Positions 30,378 through 42,651 are shown, numbered from the stretch's first letter. The stretch is DNA of 64,000 bases from Vicinamibacterales bacterium (GCA_963802345.1 CAWDIK010000014.1:52902-116901); one strand, 5' to 3'. Numbers and translations are program-made. Notes: generated from the letters alone by a model not told the origin.

Positions 30378-32702
30378 CTAGTGTGGAAACGCCGTGCCGG
30401 GCTGTGTGCCTGAGATGAACGCTTCGTTGATGCCGGTTGCGCCTTCCTCGGCGACCTCTCCGCTCGCCGCATTGACCGGCACAAAGACGATGTTCCCCGG
30501 CGGCGTGAATTCGGGTGGATTCTTCGGGTCGCGCGTCTCGAGGTACGCGCGCATGAATTCAATCCAGATCGGCAGCGCGGCCATGGCGCCCGTCTCGTTG
30601 TGGCCAATCGGCTTCCGTTCGTCATGGCCCACCCAGACACCAACGGTGATGTCTGGATCGAAGCCGATGAACCACGCGTCGCCGTAGTCGTCGGTCGTCC
30701 CGGTCTTCCCGCCAAGCGGCCAGCCCAGCTTGCTGGCCGACGCTGCCGTTCCGCGCTGCACGACGCCGCGCAGGAGGTTCGTCATCACGAATGCCGTGTC
30801 GGCTCTGATCGCATCCTGCGGATCGGGGCGGCTCTCTTCCAGAAGATTGCCCTCGCGATCTGAAATCTTGAGGACCGAATACGGCCGCATGCGCACGCCG
30901 CCGTTCGGAAACACCGAATAGGCGGACGTCATGTCCAGGAGTGTCATGTCGGCGGCGCCGAGCGCGAGCGACAGGAATGGCTCGAGCTTGGACTCGAGGC
31001 CGAACCGCCGCGCGTAGGCAATCACTTGCTGCGGCGTCAGCGCGTCCATCATCTTCACCGCGGGCACGTTCCGCGAGTCCTCCAGTGCGTGGCGCAGCGT
31101 GACGTTCCCCTCGTATTTGCCGTCGTAGTTCCTTGGTTGATACGGCGGCTGTCCCGGACCGGGCTCGTACGAGACGGGTTCGTCGACGATGACCGAGGCC
31201 GGCGTATATCCGCGATCGATGGCGGCGGTGTAGACGATGGGCTTGAACAACGAACCCACCTGCCGGCGAGCCTGTGTGGCGCGATTGAACTTGCTGCGAT
31301 CGAAGCTGAAGCCGCCGACCATCGCCCGAATCTGGCCCGTGCGGTTGTCGATGGCAACGAGCGCGCCTTCGACGAGCGGCGACTGCTCGAGCGACACCGC
31401 CGTAATCTTCCCGGAGTCGTCCATCTGCGTGACGAGAACGTCAATCAGGTCGCCCACCTTGAAGAGCGCCGGTGGCGCGCGTCTCCCCCATGCGATGCCG
31501 TCGCCGCGCAGCTCGGCAATCTGCTGGCCGATGCGGACGCGCGCGGATGTCGGCGACACGTTCATGACGACGGCCGGGACGATGTCGTCCTGCGCGATGG
31601 GCTGCGACCATCGTTCGTGGCGGAACGTCTCGATGTTCTGGCCCTGTGCGGCGACGTTCGGCTTGTCGCGGCGGTAGCCGCGGCGCTTGTCGACGAGGCG
31701 CAGCCCGCGGTCGACGGCGCGGTTCGCGGCCCGCTGCAGGCGGATATCGATGCCCGTTTGCACGGAGAGCCCGCTTTCGTAAAGGGCCTTCGCGCCGTAT
31801 TTCTGCTCCAGATATTTACGGACTTCTTCCGTGAAGAACGGGGCCACCGATCGAACCGGCTGCGGCTGGCCGCGCGTGACAATCGGCGTTTTCTTCGAGG
31901 CGTCGGCCTGTTCCTGGGTGATGTACCCGTTGTCCGCCATCTGCTGCAGCGTGTAATCGCGGCGGAACTTTGCGGCGGCGCGATTGACGTACGGGCTCTG
32001 ACGGGCGGGTGTCTGGATGATGCCGGCGATCATCGCGGCCTCTTCCAGGGTCACGTCTTTTGCGCGCTTGCCGAAGTAAAGCCGCGCGGCGGCTTCCACG
32101 CCGTACGTGCCGTGCCCGAAAATCATCTGATTGCAGTACAGCGTGAGGATCTCGCGTTTCGTGTAGCGCTTTTCGATCTGAATCGCGACGAGGATCTCTT
32201 TGATCTTCCGCTCCGGGCTCTTGTCGCCAAGCGTGAATCCCACTTCGTCGGCAAACAGGTTGCGCGCGAGCTGCATGGTGAGCGTGCTTGCCCCTGCGAC
32301 CATGCGGCGGCGCAGGAGGTCGCTGCTCAGCCGCACGAGCATGGCTGACACGCTGAGCCCGAAGTGGTTGTTGAAGTCCTTGTCTTCGGCCGAGATGATC
32401 GCGTTGCGCAGGTACGGAGAAATCTCATCGTACGAGATGACAAGGCGGCGCTCGGTCGCAAATTCTCCAAGCGTCTCGCCATTCGATGCGTAGACGCGGG
32501 TGATGGCGTTCGGCGCGTAGTCGTCGAGCTTGGAAATGAGCGGGAGGTCGCCTGCATACGCGAACATGACGCCGCTGAGCACGCCGAGGAGCGCGACGAC
32601 GATGAAGAGCGCCGCAAGTCCCGCGTGGCCGGCAAAGCGGATGACGAAGGTCTTGGCGGATTTCGGCCGTTTCGGCGGCGTCGAGGGCGGCGTGCTTGCC
32701 AT
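30378..32702 (-). CDS. mrcA: Penicillin-binding protein 1A (bifunctional transglycosylase/transpeptidase)
   Basis: 774-aa intact ORF with AIISAEDKDFNNHFG, RKIKE and STFKP-like SLFKP. Confidence 0.9.
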   Translation of the reverse strand: MASTPPSTPPKRPKSAKTFVIRFAGHAGLAALFIVVALLGVLSGVMFAYAGDLPLISKLDDYAPNAITRVYASNGETLGEFATERRLVISYDEISPYLRNAIISAEDKDFNNHFGLSVSAMLVRLSSDLLRRRMVAGASTLTMQLARNLFADEVGFTLGDKSPERKIKEILVAIQIEKRYTKREILTLYCNQMIFGHGTYGVEAAARLYFGKRAKDVTLEEAAMIAGIIQTPARQSPYVNRAAAKFRRDYTLQQMADNGYITQEQADASKKTPIVTRGQPQPVRSVAPFFTEEVRKYLEQKYGAKALYESGLSVQTGIDIRLQRAANRAVDRGLRLVDKRRGYRRDKPNVAAQGQNIETFRHERWSQPIAQDDIVPAVVMNVSPTSARVRIGQQIAELRGDGIAWGRRAPPALFKVGDLIDVLVTQMDDSGKITAVSLEQSPLVEGALVAIDNRTGQIRAMVGGFSFDRSKFNRATQARRQVGSLFKPIVYTAAIDRGYTPASVIVDEPVSYEPGPGQPPYQPRNYDGKYEGNVTLRHALEDSRNVPAVKMMDALTPQQVIAYARRFGLESKLEPFLSLALGAADMTLLDMTSAYSVFPNGGVRMRPYSVLKISDREGNLLEESRPDPQDAIRADTAFVMTNLLRGVVQRGTAASASKLGWPLGGKTGTTDDYGDAWFIGFDPDITVGVWVGHDERKPIGHNETGAMAALPIWIEFMRAYLETRDPKNPPEFTPPGNIVFVPVNAASGEVAEEGATGINEAFISGTQPGTAFPH

Positions 32703-32740
32703 CGGAATCGCTATTGTACCAGTAAGTTAACAGTGCCTCT

Positions 32741-32774
32741 GGGGTCTGACCCCGTACGTACGGAGTCAGACCCC
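32741..32774. repeat. Palindromic element, same family as 19708-19749
   Basis: ggggtctgaccccgtac | gtacggagtcagacccc (17-bp arms, 1 mismatch), in the mrcA/dnaK divergent spacer. Confidence 0.85.
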
Positions 32775-32854
32775 TTTACATCACTACACTCACATTTCAT
32801 AATCAAGGAAGCCTAAAGGTTTCGACGCGCATTCACTCGTGCGAGGGATTTCAT

Positions 32855-34755
<1,901 letters not shown>

Positions 34756-34756
<1 letters not shown>

Positions 34757-34813
34757 GCTCTGGGATCTGGGCTTTAGGCTCTAGCCAAAGTCCAGAGCCC
34801 AAAGTCCAAAGCC
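34756..34813. repeat. Degenerate heptanucleotide repeat filling the dnaK-dnaJ spacer
   Basis: ggctctg ggatctg ggcttta ggctcta gccaaag tccagag cccaaag tccaaag cc. Confidence 0.85.
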
Positions 34814-36229
34814 ATGGATCTATACGAGCTTCTCGGAATCGCGCGGGGCGCGACGCTGATTGACATCAAGCGGTCGTACAAGCGGTTGGCTCGGAAGTAT
34901 CACCCCGACATCAACCCGGGCGACCAGACAGCGGAAGCTCGCTTCAAGGAAATCACGCGAGCCTACGAGACGTTGAGCGATCCCGAGCGGCGGCTGCGAT
35001 ACGACGCCGGCTCGCTCTCCGCCGCGTCGGCATCGGTCTCGTTCGAGTTCGAGGGGTTCGACTTCTCGAGCGGCGTGCCCCACGCCGACGCGCCCACGTT
35101 CGGGGATCTGTTCGCGGAGGTGTTCTCGCAGAGGCAGGACACGCAACGGGCCGAACCGGCGCGCGGTGCCGACCTTCATGCATCGGTGTCGCTGACCTTC
35201 GACGAGGCGATGCGTGGCACGCGGCGGCAGATGACGCTGACTCGCCGCGACACGTGCCAGTCGTGTCGCGGGGCCGGCCTGCTGAAAATCGCGGAGTCGC
35301 GATGCCAGCGTTGTCAGGGCAGCGGTCTCCTGCGCTCGCGCCGCGGGAGCATGGTGTTTTCGAAAAGCTGTGACACGTGCGGAGGAACAGGTCGACTGGA
35401 GCACACAGCCTGCGGGCGTTGCGGCGGTCTCGGAGTGGAAATGCGCAGCGAGACGATTACGGTCGGCATTCCGGCCGGCATCAGCGACGGCGCTCGCATC
35501 CGTGTGCCGGAGAAGGGCAATGTCGGAGAGCGGCGGGGGCGCGCCGGGGACCTCTATCTCGCGGTCCAGGTGGCGCCGCACGAGACATTTGTGCGCGAGG
35601 GCGACGATTTTCACATCGTCGTGCCGATCGGCGTGCACGAAGCGGCGCTTGGAGCCAGGATCGAAGTGCCCGCGCCCGATGGCACGGCGCGCCTCCGGGT
35701 GCCGCCTGGGACGCAGACGGGGCAGCGGTTTCACATCAGGGAGCGTGGCGCGCCATCGCCGAGGAGCGGGGAGCGCGGCGATCTCGTGGTCGAAGTGCGC
35801 ATCGCTCTTCCCAAGGTGCTCGACGAACGATCGAAGGAGCTGCTTCGGGAGTTCGGCAGGATTAACGACGATCAGTTCCGGCGAGGCGCGGGTAACGGCT
35901 CCCGCAGACGACATGATGAAGAAAACCGGCAAGGCCTATTACATGATCAGCGCCGTGGCGCAGAAGTACAACATCCACCCGCAGACCCTGCGGCTGTACG
36001 AGCGCGAAGGGCTGCTCAAGCCGTCGCGCACCGACGGGAACACCCGGCTGTACTCGGAAGAGGACCTGGAGCAGCTCGAAACGATTCTCACCTTGACGCG
36101 GGATCTCGGCGTCAATCTTGCGGGCGTCGAGGTCATCCTCAACATGCGGCGGAAGATTCAACAGATGCAGGGCGAAGTCAACGAGTTCATGGAGTACGTC
36201 AAGAGCGAGATGACCCGAGGCATCGATGA
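34814..36229 (+). CDS. dnaJ: Co-chaperone DnaJ; 3' end probably artefactually extended
   Basis: J-domain (YHPDINPGD) and Cys-rich zinc-finger repeats (CQSCRGAG, CQRCQGSG, CDTCGGTG, CGRCGG). The last ~105 codons are Arg-rich nonsense overlapping hspR, so the true stop is likely near 35900. Confidence 0.8.
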   Translation: MDLYELLGIARGATLIDIKRSYKRLARKYHPDINPGDQTAEARFKEITRAYETLSDPERRLRYDAGSLSAASASVSFEFEGFDFSSGVPHADAPTFGDLFAEVFSQRQDTQRAEPARGADLHASVSLTFDEAMRGTRRQMTLTRRDTCQSCRGAGLLKIAESRCQRCQGSGLLRSRRGSMVFSKSCDTCGGTGRLEHTACGRCGGLGVEMRSETITVGIPAGISDGARIRVPEKGNVGERRGRAGDLYLAVQVAPHETFVREGDDFHIVVPIGVHEAALGARIEVPAPDGTARLRVPPGTQTGQRFHIRERGAPSPRSGERGDLVVEVRIALPKVLDERSKELLREFGRINDDQFRRGAGNGSRRRHDEENRQGLLHDQRRGAEVQHPPADPAAVRARRAAQAVAHRREHPAVLGRGPGAARNDSHLDAGSRRQSCGRRGHPQHAAEDSTDAGRSQRVHGVRQERDDPRHR

Positions 36230-36341
36230 CTGGGAGCAGCGGCTCAGCACCGCGATGGTCAAATCGACGTCCACGGATCTCGTTCGCGTGAATCCGCCGG
36301 CCGCTGGAACCGCCGCGGCGCCAAAAAAACACGCGCGCTGA
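35913..36341 (+). CDS. hspR: MerR-family heat-shock regulator HspR
   Basis: YMISAVAQKYNIHPQTLRLYEREGLLKPSRTDGNTRLYSEEDLEQLE. ATG at 35913 is in frame with ORF 35370..36341. Confidence 0.85.
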   Translation: MMKKTGKAYYMISAVAQKYNIHPQTLRLYEREGLLKPSRTDGNTRLYSEEDLEQLETILTLTRDLGVNLAGVEVILNMRRKIQQMQGEVNEFMEYVKSEMTRGIDDWEQRLSTAMVKSTSTDLVRVNPPAAGTAAAPKKHAR

Positions 36342-36365
36342 AAAAAGTTCGCGCTATCATGTTGC

Positions 36366-37244
36366 GTGCTTCCGCCGGCGCAACGCAATCCTGTCTGTTC
36401 CATCTGTAACGGTACCGGTTGGAAGTCTTTCCAGGATGGCGAGGTCGAGCGCGTTACACGCTGCGACTGCTGGCGCGACGACATCAACAAGCGGCTCATG
36501 GCCGCCGCGCGTATTCCACAACGCTACCATCACTGCACGCTTGACGACTTCGTCACCTACGACAACGACACGCTCGAAGACGCGCTGAGCCGTTCGCGCC
36601 AGATGGCGAAGCAGTTTCCCGTGATCGAACGCGGGCTGTTCTTTCTCGGCGAACCCGGCGTGGGGAAGACACACCTCGCTGTCGCGATTCTCAAGCAGGT
36701 CATTCTCACGCGCGGCGCGCGCGGTATCTTCTACGACACGCGCGATCTGCTCAAGCTGATTCGCGGCACGTATAACGACACGAACAAAACGACGGAGCTC
36801 GACGTGCTTCGGCCCGTGATGGAGGCCGATCTGCTGGTGCTCGACGACCTCGGGGCGGAAAAGACGTCGGAATGGGTCGAAGAAACGCTGAATCTGATCG
36901 TCAACACCCGCTATAACGAACGGCGCGCGACGATTTTCACGTCGAATTATCCGGATCTGCCGCCCGACGCGAGCCCGGCAGTCGTCACGCTCCACGACCG
37001 CATCGGCTTCCGCATGCGCTCACGCCTGCACGAGATGTGCGATTTTCTCGATCTGGAGGGCGCCGACTACCGCACGCTGATCCCGAACGAAGGGGTGGCG
37101 GCGCTCAAGCGCAACTGGGAAGAGCGGCGGATGCGCGGGAAACTGGAGCAACCGACCCGGACGAACCGGCAGGCCAAGGCTGTGCTGCGGAACGACGGGA
37201 AAGCCGACTTAAAATGGCCGGGTGGCCGAGCCGGCTCAAAATGA
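36366..37244 (+). CDS. DnaC/IstB-like AAA+ ATPase with N-terminal Cys-rich zinc-ribbon-like segment
   Basis: Walker A (LGEPGVGKTHLA) and Walker B (LLVLDDLG). N-terminus CSICNGTGW...CDC. Confidence 0.75.
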   Translation: MLPPAQRNPVCSICNGTGWKSFQDGEVERVTRCDCWRDDINKRLMAAARIPQRYHHCTLDDFVTYDNDTLEDALSRSRQMAKQFPVIERGLFFLGEPGVGKTHLAVAILKQVILTRGARGIFYDTRDLLKLIRGTYNDTNKTTELDVLRPVMEADLLVLDDLGAEKTSEWVEETLNLIVNTRYNERRATIFTSNYPDLPPDASPAVVTLHDRIGFRMRSRLHEMCDFLDLEGADYRTLIPNEGVAALKRNWEERRMRGKLEQPTRTNRQAKAVLRNDGKADLKWPGGRAGSK

Positions 37245-38398
37245 CGCCTCGCTAATCCCTAATCCCCAATCCCCAATCCCTGGGCTTTACGTCCACGTCC
37301 CGTTCTGCAGCTCCATCTGCAACTACTGTAATTTCAATCGAGGCCTCTTCGACCAGAAGCTGAAGGATCGCTTTGTCGAAGCCGTTCGCCGGGAAATTCG
37401 CACTGCTCAACCGCTAGCCCTTGCCCCTGACACGTTGTACTTCGGCGGCGGCACCCCTTCACTCCTGGCGCCGGCGGAAATCGCGGCGATCGTCGACGAG
37501 GCGCGCAACGTGTTCGGGCTGGTCCGCGGCGCGGAGATCACGCTCGAGGCGAATCCCGAAAGTGTGACCGCCGAATCCCTGGAACAATTTCGCGCAGCCG
37601 GTGTCAATCGTCTGAGCTTCGGGGTCCAGTCGTTTCGGGATGACGAACTGAAACGTCTCGGGCGGATGCACTCGGCCGAGCGTGCCATGCGACGTAGTCG
37701 GACTGGCCCGGGCCGCTGGATTCGACAACGTCAGCATCGATCTCATGATGTGGCTGCCCGGGCAGGACGTCGCGCAATGGCTCGAGAACGTCACCAACGC
37801 AATTGACGTGGATGCGGACCATCTTTCGCTCTACATCCTCGAGGTGTATCCGCATCTTCCGCTGAAGCAGGAGATCGATCGGCACGGCTGGACGCAGCAA
37901 CCGGACGACGCCGCCGCCGACATGTACGAGTTGGCGATGGCGCGCCTCGACGCGGCCGGTTACGAGCAGTACGAGATATCGAACGTCTGCCGGCCGGGTC
38001 GCGAGTCGCGCCACAACCTGAAGTATTGGACCGACGGCGACTGGCTCGGCCTCGGCCCTGGCGCGCATTCGACATGGCGTGGGGAACGCTGGCGCAATGT
38101 CGCGTCCACGGAGGACTACGTCCGTAGAATTGCCGACGATGAGTCGGTGGTGGCTGAGCGTCGCCTGCTGACCAGCGACGAGCGTCTCGGCGACGCGCTT
38201 TTCACTGGCCTTCGGCTGAGTCGGGGCGTCAATATTGATATCCTGTCAGAGCGGTATGGCGTCGACATCTGGCAGCGCTTCGGCGACCGCCTCTCGCGAT
38301 ATCTCGACGCGGGCATCCTGTTAAGACAGGATGGACACCTGCGATTGACCCGGCCGGGAATGCTCCTGGGCAATGAGGTGATGTCAGTGTTCGTTTAG
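37222..38398 (+). CDS. hemW: Radical-SAM heme chaperone HemW-like, one frameshift
   Basis: HVPFCSSICNYCNF (CxxxCxxC). It continues in ORF 37682..38398, with an indel near 37690. The only start candidate is GTG at 37222, so the heptamer repeat is translated as SLIPNPQSPIPG. Confidence 0.8.
37251..37281. repeat. Heptanucleotide repeat (CTAATCC/CCAATCC family)
   Basis: gctaatc cctaatc cccaatc cccaatc cct. Confidence 0.85.
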
Positions 38399-38461
38399 AC
38401 TTGAGTTTGCGGGGCGTACCGGTAAATATTAAGCCCCCGTTCGACAACTAAGGAGGAGTGA

Positions 38462-38896
38462 ATGCGTGCAATTACCCTGGCTCTCGCCGTCTTGGCCTTC
38501 ACTGCGGTGAACGCCGATGCGCAGACGCCGAACGCCCGCGTCTTTAACGGCGGCGCCGGACTCATTCTCTACACCGTCAAGGCCGCCAGTACGGCCGATT
38601 TCGAGATGGTGCTGAACAAGACGAAAGAAGCGCTCATGAAGAGCGAGAAGCCCGAGCGGAAACAGCAGGCAGCTTCATGGCGCGTGTACAAGTCGGATGC
38701 GCCGGGCGCGGGCGGGAACGTCACGTACGTGATGATTATCGACCCCGCCATCAAGGAGGCCGACTACAACATCGTCAACATCCTGAACGAGGCATTTCCG
38801 GCAGAGATTCAGGCGCTCTTCAAGGCGTATACCGAATCGTTCGCCAGCGGGTTGATTCCGATCAACCTGGTGCCGGTCGTGGACTACTCGAAATAA
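38462..38896 (+). CDS. Small secreted hypothetical protein (144 aa)
   Basis: Signal peptide MRAITLALAVLAFTAVNADA, with an AGGAGG RBS upstream. Confidence 0.6.
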   Translation: MRAITLALAVLAFTAVNADAQTPNARVFNGGAGLILYTVKAASTADFEMVLNKTKEALMKSEKPERKQQAASWRVYKSDAPGAGGNVTYVMIIDPAIKEADYNIVNILNEAFPAEIQALFKAYTESFASGLIPINLVPVVDYSK

Positions 38897-38927
38897 ACAG
38901 ACTCGCAGAAGCTGACAGCGCGGAGGT

Positions 38928-38985
38928 AAGAGGGCAGATGGCAGAGAGTACCGTGTGCCCTCTGCTCTCTGCGCTCTCCCTGTCG
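38928..38985. repeat. Heptamer-type repeat blocks in both orientations between convergent genes
   Basis: agagggc agatggc agagagt ... ccctctg ctctctg cgctctc cctgtcg. The complementary blocks are interleaved rather than nested. Confidence 0.6.
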
Positions 38986-38988
38986 AGG

Positions 38989-39465
38989 TCAGAACGCCAG
39001 GTTCAGTCCCGCATAGATCCGATGGATCGTGCTGTGCCGTGGATGGCCTTTCAGGTTGAACACGCGATAGTCGACACGCGCGCGCATGGGGCCGGCGACA
39101 GGGATCTTGATGCCGCCGCCGATGTTGATGAGAGCGGCCGTTTCTTCATCGTTCCCAAGGCGTTCACGATACACGCCCCCGCCTGTCGTGCCATAAAGCT
39201 GGAACGGCATGCCGAAGGTCTGAACGAAGACGTTTCCCGAGGTCGTGCGAAGCGAAGGGCGCAATTCCGCCAGGTCTTCCGAGGAGTTGGCGTACTCGAA
39301 TTCGAACCCGACGACCAGCAAGCTGACGCCGAAGGCAAAGCCGCGGGTGAACGATCGATCGTTGTCGGCTGAGTTGCGGCCCAGAAATGCCGTCGCGTCC
39401 GCGCGGGCGGTCGAAGGGGTCGCCGCGATCAACGCAAGCGCGAGTACAGCCAGTCGCATCATCAT
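38989..39465 (-). CDS. Small outer-membrane beta-barrel protein
   Basis: Signal peptide MMMRLAVLALALIAATPSTARA, alternating beta-strand pattern and a C-terminal ...GLNLAF. Confidence 0.7.
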   Translation of the reverse strand: MMMRLAVLALALIAATPSTARADATAFLGRNSADNDRSFTRGFAFGVSLLVVGFEFEYANSSEDLAELRPSLRTTSGNVFVQTFGMPFQLYGTTGGGVYRERLGNDEETAALINIGGGIKIPVAGPMRARVDYRVFNLKGHPRHSTIHRIYAGLNLAF

Positions 39466-39476
39466 AGTGGCCCGTA

Positions 39477-40478
39477 TTGTACCAGTCCTATCCGAGGGTA
39501 CAAGTCCGTGATAAATTTCGCGGATTGTCGGCTCTCGCAGCATCGATCCTTTCCGGTGATCCGCGCGCGATCGCCCGCGGCATCTCGCTCGTCGAGAACG
39601 AGACCGACGACGGACCCGCGCTGGTGCGGGAACTGTACGAGCGATCGGGACGCGCGTTCCTCGTCGGCGTGACCGGAGCGCCCGGAGCGGGCAAGAGCAC
39701 GCTGGTCGATGGCATCGTCATGCGCTGGCGCAAAGCCGGACGCACGGTCGGCGTTCTTGCCGTCGATCCCACAAGCCCGTTCAGCGGCGGCGCCATGCTC
39801 GGCGATCGCGTGCGCATGCAGGCACACGCGCAGGACGCCGGCGTGTTCATTCGCAGCATGGCGACGCGGGGTCATCTCGGCGGGCTGGCGCGCGCGACCA
39901 CGGATGCGGCCCTGGTGCTCGACGCGGCCGGCAAGGATTTCGTCGCGATCGAAACGGTCGGAGTCGGGCAGGACGAAGTCGAGATTGCGCGCACTGCAGA
40001 CGTGTCGGTGGTGGTGCTCGTGCCAGGAATGGGAGACGAGGTGCAAGCGTTGAAGGCCGGCGTCATGGAAATCGCAGATATCTTTGTCGTCAACAAGGCC
40101 GACCGTGACGGCGCCGATCGCGCCGTCGCCGAAATCGAATCGGTGCTCGGCCTGAACACATACTCGGATGGCCAATGGCGCCCGCCGATCGTTCGGACCG
40201 AGGCGACCACGGGGCGAGGCCTTGACGATCTGGTCGACGCCATCGCTCGGTTCAGCAAACAGTCATCCACGATCGAAGTGCGCCGGCGCGGCCGTGCCCG
40301 AACGCAGCTCCGCGCGGTTCTTGCCGCTCGCCTGATGCAGCAGATCGAGTCGCGCGTGTCGGAGATGGACATGGACACCCTGGTCGACCGGATCGCGGCG
40401 CGCACGATCGATCCGTACACGGCGGCGGATCAAGTGCTTGGCGTCGGCGGCTTGAAGGAGCCGCGCAGCCAATCATGA
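39477..40478 (+). CDS. meaB: Methylmalonyl-CoA mutase-associated GTPase MeaB/ArgK
   Basis: GVTGAPGAGKSTL, VLAVDPTSPFSGGAMLGD and VVNKAD. The start is uncertain: TTG at 39477 or 39525. Confidence 0.85.
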   Translation: MYQSYPRVQVRDKFRGLSALAASILSGDPRAIARGISLVENETDDGPALVRELYERSGRAFLVGVTGAPGAGKSTLVDGIVMRWRKAGRTVGVLAVDPTSPFSGGAMLGDRVRMQAHAQDAGVFIRSMATRGHLGGLARATTDAALVLDAAGKDFVAIETVGVGQDEVEIARTADVSVVVLVPGMGDEVQALKAGVMEIADIFVVNKADRDGADRAVAEIESVLGLNTYSDGQWRPPIVRTEATTGRGLDDLVDAIARFSKQSSTIEVRRRGRARTQLRAVLAARLMQQIESRVSEMDMDTLVDRIAARTIDPYTAADQVLGVGGLKEPRSQS

Positions 40479-41740
40479 AGGCGGTATTGGATCATGTCGG
40501 CGTCGCGGTTGCCGATCTCGACGCCTCGTTGGCGTTTTTTCGGGATGCGTTGGGCCTCCACGTCGAGGCTCCCGAAGACGTCGCGTCGCAGGGCGTGCGC
40601 GCGCAGTTTGTGTCGACGGGCCCCACGTCTCTCGAGCTCCTTCAGGCGACAGCGCCCGATTCGCCGATTGCGAAGTTTCTCGAAAAACGCGGTCCAGGGC
40701 TCCACCACATCACGCTGCGGGTCGACGACATCCAAGAGGCGTTGGCCGAATTGCGGGACCGCGGGGTGCGTCTCATCGACGGACAGCCGAGGCCTGGCGC
40801 CGAGGGGGCCAGCGTCGCCTTCATCCATCCCTCGAGTGCGCAGGGCGTGCTCGTCGAGCTGAAACAGGCCGCAGTCGTTCGCCCGGCGCCGGAGCTCCCA
40901 AAAACCATTCGCCTCGGGGACATCGACATCGTGACGGTGTCGGACGGTTTTTTCTATCTCGACGGCGGCGCGATGTTCGGCGTCGTGCCGAAGACGTTCT
41001 GGGAGAAGAAGGCGCCGCCCGACGATCGCAATCGCATTCGCATGACGATGCGGTGCCTGCTCCTGCGAGGCGCGCGAACCATGCTGATCGATGCCGGCGC
41101 CGGCGACAAGATGACGCCGAAGCAGGCGGAAATCTATCGCTTCGAGCGCGAGTTCAACCTGAACCATGCGCTCGCGGCCGCGGGCACGTCGCCTGACGGC
41201 ATCGACGTCGTTCTCGCGACGCACCTGCATTTCGATCACGCGGGCGGGTTCACCGAGCGAACAGCGGACGGGGCGATCAGGCCGCGATTCCCGCGTGCGC
41301 AGTATGTGGTCCGGCGCGGCGAGTTCGAAGACGCGATGCATCCGAACGAGCGCACGCGAGGCAGCTATTTTCTCGAGAACTACAAGCCGCTGGCCGATCA
41401 CAACGTGCTGCAGCTGGTCGATGACGACGCGTCGATCATGCCGGGCGTGCGCGTGCGGCGCACCGGCGGCCATACGATGCACCACCAGATCGTGCTGATC
41501 GAATCGGCCGGCAAGACCGCGGTCTTCGCGGCCGATCTCCTGCCAACCGCCGCCCACCTTCCGGAAGTGTGGGTGATGGGCTACGATCTCTTCCCGCTCG
41601 ATACGCTCAACTTCAAGCGAGCCTTCCTGCGAGAAGCCATCGATCGCGAGTACCTCATCCTGTTCGAGCACGATCCGGACATCGCGGCTGGGTACATCCG
41701 GGAAAAGGACGGGAAGAGATACGTGGAGCAGGTGGCGTGA
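40475..41740 (+). CDS. Methylmalonyl-CoA epimerase (VOC fold) fused in frame to an MBL-fold metallo-hydrolase
   Basis: N-terminal ~135 aa has LDHVGVAV...[14 protein letters not shown]...GVLVELKQ. After a linker comes an MBL domain ([18 protein letters not shown]). It is a single uninterrupted 421-aa ORF. Confidence 0.7.
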   Translation: MKAVLDHVGVAVADLDASLAFFRDALGLHVEAPEDVASQGVRAQFVSTGPTSLELLQATAPDSPIAKFLEKRGPGLHHITLRVDDIQEALAELRDRGVRLIDGQPRPGAEGASVAFIHPSSAQGVLVELKQAAVVRPAPELPKTIRLGDIDIVTVSDGFFYLDGGAMFGVVPKTFWEKKAPPDDRNRIRMTMRCLLLRGARTMLIDAGAGDKMTPKQAEIYRFEREFNLNHALAAAGTSPDGIDVVLATHLHFDHAGGFTERTADGAIRPRFPRAQYVVRRGEFEDAMHPNERTRGSYFLENYKPLADHNVLQLVDDDASIMPGVRVRRTGGHTMHHQIVLIESAGKTAVFAADLLPTAAHLPEVWVMGYDLFPLDTLNFKRAFLREAIDREYLILFEHDPDIAAGYIREKDGKRYVEQVA

Positions 41741-41743
41741 ACG

Positions 41744-41785
41744 GCCGGCTGAGCAAGCCGGAAGTCGGAAGCCGAAGCGAGGAGG
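41744..41785. repeat. Degenerate heptanucleotide repeat ending in the mtnP Shine-Dalgarno
   Basis: gccggct gagcaag ccggaag tcggaag ccgaagc gaggagg. Confidence 0.75.
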
Positions 41786-41790
41786 CATTT

Positions 41791-42651
41791 TTGACAGTCC
41801 AGATAGGTGTGATTGGCGGCAGCGGCTTGTACGACATGGCCGAGCTGACCGACCGCGAAGAAAAGACGCTGACGACCCCATTCGGCGATCCGTCGGGTCC
41901 ATATTTGATCGGCACGCTGCGCGGGAAGCGGGTCGCGTTTCTCGCACGGCATGGCGCGGGACATCGGCTCCTCCCCTCGGAACTCAACTTCCGCGCGAAC
42001 ATCTTCGGCTTCAAGCTCCTTGGCGTGGAGCGGATTATTTCGGCGAGCGCGGTCGGCAGTCTCAAGCAGGAGTACCCGCCCCTCGACATCGTCGTGCCGG
42101 ATCAATTTTTCGATCGAACGAAGGGTCGCATCAGCACGTTTTTCGGCAACGGCCTCGCCGCGCACGTCGCATTCGCGCATCCCATCTGCCCCGAGCTCGC
42201 CAAGGTCGGCGCCGATGCCGTCGCCGCCGTGGGTGCGAACGTGCATCGCGGCGGCACCTACGTGTGCATGGAAGGGCCGCAGTTTTCGACCCTTGCCGAG
42301 TCCCGGCTGTATCGCTCGTGGGGCATGGACGTCATCGGCATGACGAACCTGCAGGAAGCGAAGCTGGCCCGCGAAGCGGAGATCTGCTACGTGACGCTCG
42401 CCCTCGTCACCGACTACGACTGCTGGCATCCCGAGCACGATTCCGTGACGGTCGACATGATCGTGCAGACGCTGATGAAGAATGCGGAGACCGCCCAGCG
42501 CGCGATCGCCGAAGCCATCACGAAGCTGCCCGTCGCGCGCTCCTGCGAGTGTGGCTCGGCCCTGAAGTTCGCGCTGATCACGCGGCCCGACGCCGTGCCG
42601 GCAAAAGTCAAAAAAGACCTCGCGCCCATCATCGGAAAATATCTTTCATGA
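41791..42651 (+). CDS. mtnP: S-methyl-5'-thioadenosine phosphorylase
   Basis: [17 protein letters not shown] and [21 protein letters not shown] at 41791 sits 5 nt after GGAGG. Confidence 0.85.
   Translation: MTVQIGVIGGSGLYDMAELTDREEKTLTTPFGDPSGPYLIGTLRGKRVAFLARHGAGHRLLPSELNFRANIFGFKLLGVERIISASAVGSLKQEYPPLDIVVPDQFFDRTKGRISTFFGNGLAAHVAFAHPICPELAKVGADAVAAVGANVHRGGTYVCMEGPQFSTLAESRLYRSWGMDVIGMTNLQEAKLAREAEICYVTLALVTDYDCWHPEHDSVTVDMIVQTLMKNAETAQRAIAEAITKLPVARSCECGSALKFALITRPDAVPAKVKKDLAPIIGKYLS

Noticed and set aside
32775-32854. A HAIR (CTTGAGT-N7-ACTCAAG) or CIRCE operator upstream of dnaK, expected from the presence of hspR.
   Set aside because: Neither consensus is present. There is only a weak cactcg..cgag dyad, so no operator is claimed.
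37251-37281. The CCCTAAT/CCCCAAT repeats as telomere-like sequence or a eukaryotic contaminant.
   Set aside because: They are only 3-4 units long and embedded between ordinary bacterial genes. They are one variant among many locus-specific heptamers, so no telomere interpretation is warranted.
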